Positions 1-8,862 of a stretch of 64,000 nucleotides of DNA are shown here, in pieces. Position 1 is the stretch's first letter, and each line of letters begins with the position of its first letter. The position numbers were made by a program, and so were the translations under genes. Source of the stretch: an uncultured Acidobacteriota bacterium (GTDB lineage Bacteria; Acidobacteriota; Terriglobia; Terriglobales; Acidobacteriaceae); contig CAVPCD010000009.1 of assembly GCA_963702345.1 (NCBI GenBank), forward strand, positions 87,529 through 151,528, written 5' to 3'. The notes beneath the pieces were generated by a model. The model was not told where the DNA came from. It made no database searches and saw nothing but the letters and a program-made list of their open reading frames with translations.

Positions 1-582
1 CCGCGCATACCATTCGACGGCGCTGCCCAGGCCTGTCTCATCAAGCATAGGGGGATGCAGCAAATAAGACAGCGTCCTGATTTCAGAAATGACCTGATCG
101 GCAAGAGCAGCGCTATCGGCGACTCTGGCTGACAAGCTGGGATCGTTGTGGGCCCGCTGCGCAATAACTCCCAAATTGATGTGCAGCGCGGCCAGCAATT
201 GACCTGCGCTGTCGTGCAGCTCGCGACCCAGACGACGGCGCTCTTCGTCTTGCAAAGTCAAGATACGCGCGGAAAGCTTGCGCAGCATTTCTTCCGTCTG
301 CACACGTCTTTGAATTTCGTTATGCAGCAGCTGATTAGATTGGGTGAGCTCTGAGGTGCGCTCCTGAATTTTCAGGTCGAGTTGCTCGTTGGCGGCCCGA
401 AGCTGCTGCTCCACGCTAATCCGTTCGCGCTCCGTGACAGCGTTTTGCTCGCGAGCCTCGGCCAGTTGCTGATTCTTGGCAATCAGCTCCGAGGCCATTT
501 GCGAGAGCCTGTTTTTCTCCGGTTTGTCGGGGTAAGGTGTTATTCGAGACAAGTTCAGTGCGGGCTCCCGAGGCAGAGACAT
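1..582 (-). CDS. Sensor histidine kinase, HisKA_3 (NarL/DegS-type) class, N-terminal part; 3' end runs off the window
   Basis: Absent from the ORF track because it has no stop in the window. Reverse translation from ATG at 582-580 gives MSLPREPALNLSRITPYPDKPEKNRLSQMASELIAKNQQLAEAREQNAVTERERISVEQQLRAANEQLDLKIQERTSELTQSNQLLHNEIQRRVQTEEMLRKLSARILTLQDEERRRLGRELHDSAGQLLAALH. LQDEERRRLGRELHD is a HisKA_3 H-box preceded by a long coiled coil. An alternative in-frame ATG lies at 642-640. Confidence 0.6.
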   Translation of the reverse strand, partial: MSLPREPALNLSRITPYPDKPEKNRLSQMASELIAKNQQLAEAREQNAVTERERISVEQQLRAANEQLDLKIQERTSELTQSNQLLHNEIQRRVQTEEMLRKLSARILTLQDEERRRLGRELHDSAGQLLAALHINLGVIAQRAHNDPSLSARVADSAALADQVISEIRTLSYLLHPPMLDETGLGSAVEWYAR

Positions 583-649
583 CCAATAACATAGTCTGGT
601 ACGAACTAGCTTTTTGCCATACAGGGTTATCCTGATTACCATCTAGTAC

Positions 650-1567
650 ATGGACTCCGCAAAGCAATACGTCGCAACACGATCAGTCCGGAGTTGTCGG
701 CTACTCCTTCTATTTGTGGGCATGGCTTGCGGCGCGGCGAATTGCGCCAGCACCGCCGGGTCACCCAACGTTCAGTGGCAGCCGCAAGCTCTGACTAATG
801 GTTCTCCAGTTCTATTCGAAATAAAAGCCTCGGCCAGGGTGCGCGCAGTTTCCGGCCTGTGGATCGGACAGAGCGTGAGTTTTTTCCGCTCGTCGACGAA
901 TAAAGGATGGTATGGACTCGCAGCCATCCCATTGACCACAAAAGCAGGACCCTACGAATTGCGGGTCACTGAGATGCTTGCGAGCGGTGTCAGCGTAGAG
1001 TTAACCCGTAAAATTCGAGTCAGCAATGCGCCTTATCCCAAGATCACGGTCAAAGTTGCTAAAAGATTTACCGAACCCAACCCAGAGCAGCTGACCACAA
1101 TTTCCACCGACAAGAGTTTGAAAGAAAAGGTCTTTGGCACTGTAAGCCCGGATCGGCTCTGGGCGGGCCAGTTCATCGCCCCGGTTTCCGATCCCGTGTC
1201 CGATATTTTCGGGACCGCCCGAGTGTTCAATGACCAGGTTCAGAGCCGGCACCGGGGCTTGGACTTTGCCGCCCCTCCGGGAACAGAAGTCCATGCAATT
1301 AATAGCGGAGTTGTAATTCTGGCCCGGCCAATGTTTTTCGAGGGTAACTGTGTTGTCATCGATCACGGGCAGGGATTACTGAGTTTGTATCTGCATTTGT
1401 CCGCATTCAAGGTAAAAGAGGGCGATCAAGTCCACACTGGCGAGACCGTCGCCTTAAGCGGTGGAACAGGAAGGGCGACAGGGCCACATCTTCATCTTGC
1501 AGTTCGATGGCAGGGAATTTACTTAAGTCCGGCTATCTTATTGAAAATAAAGATTCCTGTTAGTTAA
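650..1567 (+). CDS. M23 family (LytM-type) metallopeptidase, secreted or lipoprotein
   Basis: 305-aa ORF. Hydrophobic N-terminus (LLLLFVGMACG). M23 motifs HRGLDFAAPPGT (HxxxD) and GPHLHLAV (HxH). Confidence 0.85.
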   Translation: MDSAKQYVATRSVRSCRLLLLFVGMACGAANCASTAGSPNVQWQPQALTNGSPVLFEIKASARVRAVSGLWIGQSVSFFRSSTNKGWYGLAAIPLTTKAGPYELRVTEMLASGVSVELTRKIRVSNAPYPKITVKVAKRFTEPNPEQLTTISTDKSLKEKVFGTVSPDRLWAGQFIAPVSDPVSDIFGTARVFNDQVQSRHRGLDFAAPPGTEVHAINSGVVILARPMFFEGNCVVIDHGQGLLSLYLHLSAFKVKEGDQVHTGETVALSGGTGRATGPHLHLAVRWQGIYLSPAILLKIKIPVS

Positions 1568-1762
1568 GGTGATAATTGCCAGGAAATCTTGTTCCGATTT
1601 CGTAACAAAAACGAACACTACAATACCGAATCTTGCGTTTTATGCGAAGCTGCTTTCGCTGGTCGTCAGGTAATAGCGTGGGGAAGCGCTAAGTTTTCGC
1701 CCGACGGATAGCTATCGGGAGCTTGGAGGGCCCCCTCGACAAGTTCCCGATATCTTTTTGTG

Positions 1763-4700
1763 TTAGAGCGCGGCCACTTTGGATTGTTGCAGGACTTCAG
1801 CGGCGCCGCCGACCCCGTCGCGGTAAGAAACGTACCGTCCCGAAATCGCGGGGATGCGCTCACCGGGAACGACAATCCCTACCAGGTTCAGAGGGTCGGC
1901 AGCAGAAATCGTCACCAGCTCACCTGTTGGCGGAAGTTTTCGCGTAGCGCGTAAGGACTCAACTGCGACCGGCAACGCAAACTGTTCGCCAAGGAAACCG
2001 TCGACGAACTTGCCGCCACGAATTTCGCCACGTGCTTCCAGACGCCGGAAGGCCAGCTGCAGCTCTCGCCACTTCGGCAAATTGCTTTCGCGAACCAGAA
2101 GATCGCGGAAAACTACTCCATACCGTTTCAATAACATCCAGCAAACTGACTCAGCCCGGCGTTCGTGCTCGACCGCAGAATCCGCGTGCAGGATTGCCCA
2201 CCGACCGGAACTGTGCCGGGGACGAGCGGATTTACCGTTGCCTTGGCCGGAGCGGCGCTTGGGATCAATTAAAGCTCGAAGATTATCGAACCCGTCGGCT
2301 GTGACCAGCCCGGCCGCCACCAGTTCCCATAATCCGGTTTCAATCTCAGCTTTCAATTTGCCGGTGGCGCGCACGATGTCTGCAAAAAACGAAGCTCCGC
2401 GCTGGCGCAGAAGTTCGAAGACCTGATTAGCCACCGGGCTGAGTCCGTGCGCGTCAGCCAGTGAAGCATGGGGCGCCATCCAGTCTGAGTCTTCGCGCAC
2501 GAAAAATGTGATCGGAGCTACGCTTGTGGGAATCACTCGACGGCGATTCGGTTGATCTCCATTAGAAGATTCAAGCGTGGCCGGATGCGGCGAAAGCCTT
2601 CCCCATCCAACTGCACCGGTGAGGCAAAGCTGGTCGAGCCATTTGGGATCGTAATCCGCAATTCTTCTTGAGAGCACCTGTCGTTCCCATGCATTCGCGG
2701 GGACTTCAAAGCCTTCAAGTTGGCGCAACACTTCCAATGTCGCCCGTTCGCCCTGAAGCTGGGATTCTGGCGCGATGTGCTGCCAGCGCAACAGCCAGCG
2801 CATGAATTGTGCCGCGCTGACCGGTTGAATCTGCTTGCGCAGGGTCGCGACGGTCAGGCGGTGAATTCGAGCTAACAGTCGGCGATCGCACCACTCTGTT
2901 TCCTGCATGCTGGGATCGGTGAATTTTCCGCGGAGGATCGCACCGCTGGCTTCCATCCGCAGCAATGCCTTTTCGATCTCAGGTGCGGGAACGCCTAATG
3001 AACCTGCCAGTGCGTGCGGGGTCACCGGACCGATGTGCCCCATCCAGCCGGTGACCATGGCGAGGATAGCGTCGTCAGTAGAAGGAGCTAATTGCGGAAT
3101 GTCAGCGGGAGCGGTCTCGAAAACTGCATTTGGAAAAATTGCCGAGAAGGCTCTGGCTCGTTCAGCGGCAATCCAGTAAGTTTGATCACCACTCCGGGCG
3201 CTCACAGCCCGCTGAGCGTGACCCAATCGCTCGAAATAAAGTTCCCAGCCCGATGCGCCGGCGAACGTGTGGAGACAGCCGCCCGCGGCTGTCTGGTCGA
3301 GCTGCGCTCGACGATCTGCTTCAACCAGGGAGAAACCTCGTTCAGCTTCGCTGAACCGGACAGTCGAGGGCGGCTGTCCCCACATTGGCGAAGGCATGGG
3401 AATTGGCAACGCAACCAAGGTGTGCAGCACATCGTGGAGTTCATCGGCGTCGCGCAGATCTGGCCATGCTTCCGCGCGAACCTGCTCGATTGCGCCCGGA
3501 TCGAGCTTGCCGACTTCCTCCAAAACTGATTCAGGAAGAATGCGCCGCATCTCAACCGCGCGGGCGCGCCGTTCTTCTAGCGGAGCGTCATCGAGATAGG
3601 CGTACGGGTTCGCATTGAGTATCTCGTGAGAGAACTGTGACGGCACCGGCGTATCGACGGCAACACAACGAATGCTTCCATCTTCCATGCGGCGCAGCAA
3701 ATCGCGCACCCCATCGATATCCATGGCTTCGGTGAGCACGTCTTTCATTACTTCCTTCACCAAAGGATGATCGGGAATCTTGATGTCGCCCTCGATGTTT
3801 TCCTGGCAAGCGGCGACGTCGGGAAAAACCGAAGCCAGCAAATCATCGGAGCGAATGCGCTGAATTTGCGGCGGAACTTTTTTGCCGCCCTGAAAGCGAA
3901 GCAGAGCCAGAGACCGGTTTGCGTCCCAGCGCCAGCGGGTCCCGAAAACCGGCGCGGCCAGGGCGGCTTGCTCAAGCACCGACTGAACGCTATCAGCATT
4001 TAGGAAATGAAAAACATCGGCGAGGGGGAAACTGTGCTGCTCGGCTAGGGCGATGTTGAGGCCGTTGTCGGTTGCGGCCGCCTGTAATTCGAAGTTGAAA
4101 CTACGGCAGAAGCGCTTGCGAAGCGCCAGTCCCCAGGCTTTGTTGATGCGGGCGCCAAACGGGGCGTGGATGACCAACTGCATGCCGCCACCTTCATCGA
4201 AAAAGCGCTCGGCGACGATGGTGCTTTGCGTGGGGACGGCGCCAAGGACAGCACGACCTTCGAGGATGTATTGAATAGCTTGCGACGCGCCGGATTCATC
4301 CAGCCCACATTGTTCAGCCAGCCATGAAATAGTTTCGGCGACTTGGGGCATCATTGGCGAAAGTGCAACCGGCGAAATTCCCGGCAAGCGCTCACTGATT
4401 TCACGGCGCAGTTCGGCGACATGCAGCGACAGCTCTTGCGTGCGCGCTGGCGCCTCTCCCAGCCAGAAAGGAACCGTAGGAGGCGCTCCGTGCGCATCTT
4501 CCACCAGCACACGGCCTGACTTTCCTTCTACTCGGCGAATGCGCCACGAGGTGTTGCCGAGCAGCACGATGTCGCCTGCGTTGCTCTCGACCGCGAAATC
4601 TTCGTCGAGAGTTCCAACGATTCCGCCCTCAGGCTCGGCAACCACGGTAAACAATGCAGTTTCAGGAATCGCACCACCGCTGGTGATCGCAGCCAATCGG

Positions 4701-6343
4701 GCTCCGCGGCGTGCACGCAGTTTGCGATTCACCCGGTCGTGATGAAGATATGCTCCGTATCGTCCTCGGCGCGCGGCAATGCCTTCGGAAAGCATTTCAA
4801 CGATGGAGTCGAAGAGTTCACGCGAAAAATTGTGGTAGGGATAAGCCCGTTTGACCAGAGCAAACAGCTCATCTTCATCCCAGCCCGGATCGTCTTCAGA
4901 AGGACCTTGTGGCTCGGACACTCTTGTCCCAGCAGTCGATAACTCCAACGCTGCCTGGGACGCTAAACTCGATAGACTTCCATTTTCGGTTGTCGATGAC
5001 CCCTCGGTGTTCTCGGACAGGAGTGTCCGAGCCACACGACCATTGCCGCCGGGAGCATGTCTCCGAATCACGTGGCTAGTGCTGGTCGCACACGTGGCGA
5101 CGATCTGTTGCGCCATCACATCCAGCGGAGAATCGGGGATGATCAAGCGATCCAGATCGCCCTGGCGAATGGCGCGAACCAGCGAGGCGCATTCGAGCAA
5201 GTCGTCTCTGGTGGTAACAAACAACCGTCCCTTAGGTACAGCGCCGCGCCAGTGGCCTGAGCGTCCCACTCTTTGAAGGGCGACGGCAATCGCCCGCGGG
5301 GAACTGATCTGAATTACCAGATCAACCGTGCCAATATCGATTCCAAGCTCCAGTGAGGCGGTTGCGATCAAGACCTTGATCTTTCCTTCTTTCAGTTTTC
5401 TTTCGGCTTCCAGACGCAACCGGCGCGAGAGACTGCCGTGATGCGCGCCAACGTTTTCTTCGCCGATGCGCTCCGCCAGGTTATGCGCAACCCGCTCGAC
5501 AAGGCGGCGGGTGTTGACAAAGACCAAGGTCGAGCGGTGCTCCTCCGAAAGCTGCACGATGCGGTCGTAAATTTCATCCCACATCTCATTGCTGGCCACT
5601 GGGCCGAGCAAAGTTGCTGGAATTTCAACCGCGAGATCGAGCTTGCGCTTGTGGCCAATGTTGACGATTTCTGGATCGGGTCGGCCATTGCCAGCAAGAA
5701 AATGCGCAACTTCTTCGATCGGCTTCTGCGTTGCCGATAGCCCGATGCGGACGGGAGAGCGGTAGGTCAACGCTTCCAGCCGTTCCAGTGAGAGGGCTAA
5801 GTGCGCGCCGCGCTTGTCGTCAGCCACGGCGTGGATTTCGTCGACGATGACCGTCTCGACGTCGCGAAGAATGGCCCGGCTTTTTTCAGCCGTGAGCAGG
5901 ATGTAAAGAGACTCAGGCGTAGTGACCAGAATATGCGGCGGGCATTTCAGCATCGCCCGGCGTTCTGGGGCGAGCGTATCGCCGGTTCGGACGGCGGTGC
6001 GAATCTGCGGCATCAGCAGCCCGCGTTCGCCAGCCATTTGGAGAATCTCCCCGAGCGGAACTTCGAGATTCTTCTGAATGTCGTTGCCGAGGGCCTTCAG
6101 CGGCGAGATGTACAGAACTTCAGTGCGGTCGTGGAGTTCGCCGGCGAGAGCCTTGCGAACCAGGCGATCAATGCAGGCAAGGAAAGCGGCAAGAGTTTTT
6201 CCGGAGCCGGTTGGGGCGGAAATCAGCGTGGTCCGACCCGAGAGAATATGCGGCCAGCCCAGCTCCTGTGGCTCGGTAGGGGTGCCGAATTTAGCAGTAA
6301 ACCATTCGGCGACGAAAGGATGAGCCCAGGAGAGAGCAGACAT
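1763..6343 (-). CDS. lhr: Lhr-like large ATP-dependent DEAD/DEAH-box helicase (full-length, about 1500-aa class)
   Basis: 1526-aa ORF. Motif I APTGSGKTLAAF and motif II VIVDEIHAV, followed by a long DEAD/H-associated C-terminal extension. Size matches Lhr. Carries two palindromic in-frame insertions (see repeat features). Confidence 0.9.
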   Translation of the reverse strand: MSALSWAHPFVAEWFTAKFGTPTEPQELGWPHILSGRTTLISAPTGSGKTLAAFLACIDRLVRKALAGELHDRTEVLYISPLKALGNDIQKNLEVPLGEILQMAGERGLLMPQIRTAVRTGDTLAPERRAMLKCPPHILVTTPESLYILLTAEKSRAILRDVETVIVDEIHAVADDKRGAHLALSLERLEALTYRSPVRIGLSATQKPIEEVAHFLAGNGRPDPEIVNIGHKRKLDLAVEIPATLLGPVASNEMWDEIYDRIVQLSEEHRSTLVFVNTRRLVERVAHNLAERIGEENVGAHHGSLSRRLRLEAERKLKEGKIKVLIATASLELGIDIGTVDLVIQISSPRAIAVALQRVGRSGHWRGAVPKGRLFVTTRDDLLECASLVRAIRQGDLDRLIIPDSPLDVMAQQIVATCATSTSHVIRRHAPGGNGRVARTLLSENTEGSSTTENGSLSSLASQAALELSTAGTRVSEPQGPSEDDPGWDEDELFALVKRAYPYHNFSRELFDSIVEMLSEGIAARRGRYGAYLHHDRVNRKLRARRGARLAAITSGGAIPETALFTVVAEPEGGIVGTLDEDFAVESNAGDIVLLGNTSWRIRRVEGKSGRVLVEDAHGAPPTVPFWLGEAPARTQELSLHVAELRREISERLPGISPVALSPMMPQVAETISWLAEQCGLDESGASQAIQYILEGRAVLGAVPTQSTIVAERFFDEGGGMQLVIHAPFGARINKAWGLALRKRFCRSFNFELQAAATDNGLNIALAEQHSFPLADVFHFLNADSVQSVLEQAALAAPVFGTRWRWDANRSLALLRFQGGKKVPPQIQRIRSDDLLASVFPDVAACQENIEGDIKIPDHPLVKEVMKDVLTEAMDIDGVRDLLRRMEDGSIRCVAVDTPVPSQFSHEILNANPYAYLDDAPLEERRARAVEMRRILPESVLEEVGKLDPGAIEQVRAEAWPDLRDADELHDVLHTLVALPIPMPSPMWGQPPSTVRFSEAERGFSLVEADRRAQLDQTAAGGCLHTFAGASGWELYFERLGHAQRAVSARSGDQTYWIAAERARAFSAIFPNAVFETAPADIPQLAPSTDDAILAMVTGWMGHIGPVTPHALAGSLGVPAPEIEKALLRMEASGAILRGKFTDPSMQETEWCDRRLLARIHRLTVATLRKQIQPVSAAQFMRWLLRWQHIAPESQLQGERATLEVLRQLEGFEVPANAWERQVLSRRIADYDPKWLDQLCLTGAVGWGRLSPHPATLESSNGDQPNRRRVIPTSVAPITFFVREDSDWMAPHASLADAHGLSPVANQVFELLRQRGASFFADIVRATGKLKAEIETGLWELVAAGLVTADGFDNLRALIDPKRRSGQGNGKSARPRHSSGRWAILHADSAVEHERRAESVCWMLLKRYGVVFRDLLVRESNLPKWRELQLAFRRLEARGEIRGGKFVDGFLGEQFALPVAVESLRATRKLPPTGELVTISAADPLNLVGIVVPGERIPAISGRYVSYRDGVGGAAEVLQQSKVAAL
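3268..3384. repeat. REPIN/RPE-like palindromic element 1 (117 bp), in-frame inside lhr
   Basis: Inverted termini TGTGGAGACAGCCG (3268-3281) and CGGCTGTCCCCACA (3371-3384). Four consecutive stem-loops: AGACAGCCG-cccg-CGGCTGTCT at 3273-3294, GTCGAGC-tgc-GCTCGAC at 3296-3312, GTTCAGC-ttc-GCTGAAC at 3340-3356, and GGACAGTCG-aggg-CGGCTGTCC at 3358-3379. 117 bp equals 39 codons, with no stop in the lhr frame. Confidence 0.6.
4908..5036. repeat. REPIN/RPE-like palindromic element 2 (129 bp), in-frame inside lhr
   Basis: Perfect 16-bp inverted termini TGTGGCTCGGACACTC (4908-4923) and GAGTGTCCGAGCCACA (5021-5036), extendable to 22 bp with one mismatch. Each arm holds a small hairpin: GGACA-ctct-TGTCC and GGACA-ggag-TGTCC. 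129 bp equals 43 codons. Confidence 0.6.
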
Positions 6344-6521
6344 CAGGATATTTTAATTCTTCGATTATAGTTTCGCAAATTATTCGCCTGAGCATAGGCT
6401 TTACAGAGCACCGTCACCGATCCGGCTTCGCGGCATCTTTATTACGGCAGCAATTTTCTACTCGCCCAGCGGTTCATCGCTGTCGCTGATATTTAGGCCG
6501 CGTATTCCACAGCAGTTTCAC

Positions 6522-7556
6522 ATGGTTTGCACCATGCGAGTTGCAATGTTGATGGAAAAGGTTCCTCTCGGGCCTATTTTCCTATTGCGGAGAGAAGCTC
6601 AGGATTTCGATAATACGCGTAGTTTCACCGACAGCGTGTATCGATACAGCCGAGAAGATCTCATTCGAATCCTGCAGGTCAGCCCGCGGCAACTGCTTGC
6701 GTGGGAAAAAGCCGGGCTGCTTGCCAGCGCCGAAAGTTATAACTTCTTTGATCTTTTGCAGGTGAAGAAAGTTCGTGACTTGTGCGCGCGCCATGTGCGT
6801 CCCATCGAGATTCGCCAATCACTGACTGCGATGCAGCAACAGGCGGCGGGAATGGAGAATCCGCTGCTCGAGGCCAATGCTTCGACCAGTGGGCGACATC
6901 GGGTGGCTTTTCGGCATGAAGGCCGGCTCTTGGAGCCGATCGCCGGGCAATTCATGTTCGATTTTTCTCCGGGGGAAAAAGTTATCGCCAGCGTTCCTGT
7001 AACCAGAAGTTCTGCCGCCCCTCAGGAACCAGCGGGTGCCGATGTCGCGGAATTGTTTGCTCGCGGCGTTGCGCTGGAAGATGACCCGCGGAGCCAGCTG
7101 CAAGCGATTGCTGCTTATGAACGCGTTTTGCAGCTTGATCCGGAGCACGCGGCTGCGCACATAAACCTCGGCACGCTTTATTACAACCGTCAGGATTATC
7201 GCGCGGCGGAAGATCATTATCGCGAGGCTTTGCGGATTGATCCGCGCTATGCATTGGCGCACTTCGATCTTGGCAATGTGCTGGATGAAACTGGCCGTAT
7301 CACCGATGCGGTGGAAAGTTATTTGACCGCGCTGCGGTTGGCGCCTACTTATGCCGATGCTCACTATAACCTGGCGCTGGCTTACGAAAAGATGCGTGAG
7401 CCGCGCAAAGCTCTCAAGCACTGGCAGTGTTACGTGAAGCTCGATGGTACAGGTCCGTGGGCGACTCACGCACGCACTCAGATAAAGCGGATTCTGAAAA
7501 CTGATCCGCTCAGGCTGGTTGTTGGCGGAAATGCCCCGATCCAAATAGAAAGTTAG
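6522..7556 (+). CDS. MerR-type HTH domain protein with C-terminal TPR repeats
   Basis: 344-aa ORF. N-terminal YSREDLIRILQVSPRQLLAWEKAGLL resembles a MerR-family HTH. The C-terminal half has tandem TPR-like repeats (AHINLGTLYYNRQDYRAAEDHYREALRIDP, ALAHFDLGNVL, ADAHYNLALAYEKM). True start uncertain; several in-frame Met near the N-terminus. Confidence 0.6.
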   Translation: MVCTMRVAMLMEKVPLGPIFLLRREAQDFDNTRSFTDSVYRYSREDLIRILQVSPRQLLAWEKAGLLASAESYNFFDLLQVKKVRDLCARHVRPIEIRQSLTAMQQQAAGMENPLLEANASTSGRHRVAFRHEGRLLEPIAGQFMFDFSPGEKVIASVPVTRSSAAPQEPAGADVAELFARGVALEDDPRSQLQAIAAYERVLQLDPEHAAAHINLGTLYYNRQDYRAAEDHYREALRIDPRYALAHFDLGNVLDETGRITDAVESYLTALRLAPTYADAHYNLALAYEKMREPRKALKHWQCYVKLDGTGPWATHARTQIKRILKTDPLRLVVGGNAPIQIES

Positions 7557-7621
7557 TCGTACATACCTGCCTCTCTTACCCGGTGTAAAATTTCAGTCGA
7601 CGATCTCGAAAGGAATTTTCC

Positions 7622-8797
7622 ATGCCGGAAGCTGCTCTGCAGAATTTGACTGCTACCCCGCTTACGTCCCTCTCCGAAGACGAAATTCTTTTTCGGGAGA
7701 ACGTGCGTCAGTTTGCGGAAGAAAAAGTTCGTCCGCTTGCCAAAGAAATGGACGAGAAGGGCGTTTTCGACAAGTCTCTGGTCGAACAGTTCTTTCAGCT
7801 TGGTCTGATGGGAATTGAAGTTCCGGAGCAGTTCGGCGGTGCGGGAGGGAAGTTTTTTGAGGCGATCCTGGCGGTGGAAGAGCTTTCGCGCGCCGATGCC
7901 TCCGCTGGCGTGGTGGTCGATGTGCAGAACACGTTGGTGAATAATGCGCTGGTGCGCTGGGCGAATCCCGAGCAGAAGAAGAAATATTTGTCGCGCATGG
8001 CCTCAGACACCGTCGGCGCATATGCGTTGAGTGAGGCCGGATCGGGCTCAGATGCGTTCGCGCTGCAGACCAGGGCAGACTTGAAAGGCAGCGATTACGT
8101 TCTGAACGGCCGCAAGCTTTGGATCACCAACGCAAAAGAGGCGGGAATCTTTGTGCTGTTTGCAACGGTCGATCCTTCGGCCGGATATAAGGGAATTACC
8201 GCTTTCATTATTGAAAAGGAATTTCCTGGGTTCACTGTAGGGAAGAAGGAAGACAAGTTGGGCATCCGCGCTTCCTCGACCTGCGAATTGATTCTGGAAG
8301 ACTGCCGAGTTCCTAAAAGCAATGTGTTAGGCGAAGCTGGCAAGGGATACAAGATCGCCATTGAAACGTTGAACGAAGGCCGCATCGGCATTGGCGCGCA
8401 GATGCTGGGCGTCGCGCGTGGAGCGTGGGAATACGCGGCGAAGTATGCGCAAGAGCGCAAGCAATTTGGCAAGAGCATTGCTGAATTTCAGGGAATCCAA
8501 TTTCAACTGGCGCAAATGGCGACCGAGATCGAAGCGGCGCGGTTGATGGTGTATAACGCGGCCCGCATGAAAGATGCCGGTGCGCCATTTGTAAAAGAGG
8601 CCGCGATGACGAAATTGTTTTGCTCGCAGGTGGCCGAGCGAGTGACCTCGCTGGCGATCGAGATTTATGGGGGCGCCGGTTTTACGAAAGACTATCCCGT
8701 GGAGAAATACTGGCGTGACGCGAAGATTGGCAAGATTTACGAGGGCACATCGAACATGCAGTTGGCGACGATCGGTAAGCTAGTACTGGGAAAATGA
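7622..8797 (+). CDS. Acyl-CoA dehydrogenase (short/branched-chain type)
   Basis: 391-aa ORF with ACAD-typical segments: GAYALSEAGSGSDA, the RKLWITN-like region, and C-terminal IYEGTSNMQ. Confidence 0.9.
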   Translation: MPEAALQNLTATPLTSLSEDEILFRENVRQFAEEKVRPLAKEMDEKGVFDKSLVEQFFQLGLMGIEVPEQFGGAGGKFFEAILAVEELSRADASAGVVVDVQNTLVNNALVRWANPEQKKKYLSRMASDTVGAYALSEAGSGSDAFALQTRADLKGSDYVLNGRKLWITNAKEAGIFVLFATVDPSAGYKGITAFIIEKEFPGFTVGKKEDKLGIRASSTCELILEDCRVPKSNVLGEAGKGYKIAIETLNEGRIGIGAQMLGVARGAWEYAAKYAQERKQFGKSIAEFQGIQFQLAQMATEIEAARLMVYNAARMKDAGAPFVKEAAMTKLFCSQVAERVTSLAIEIYGGAGFTKDYPVEKYWRDAKIGKIYEGTSNMQLATIGKLVLGK

Positions 8798-8835
8798 AAT
8801 AGATGGTGCGGACACTCGGGTTCGCATCCAAACCT

Positions 8836-8855
8836 CGCGGGCGAAGGCGCCCGCG
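8836..8855. terminator. GC-rich hairpin between convergent ACAD and pruA genes (possible bidirectional terminator or REP remnant)
   Basis: CGCGGGCG-aagg-CGCCCGCG, an 8-bp stem, lying 39 nt after the ACAD stop and 8 nt from the pruA stop. No clean U-tract. Confidence 0.35.
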
Positions 8856-8862
8856 CCACACG

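Noticed and set aside
857-880. TGTGGATCGGACAGAGCG inside the M23 peptidase gene, resembling the head of lhr element 2 (TGTGG-CTC-GGACA).
   Set aside because: No TGTCC stem partner and no inverted CCACA-terminated mate within 200 bp. Most likely a chance match of short words.
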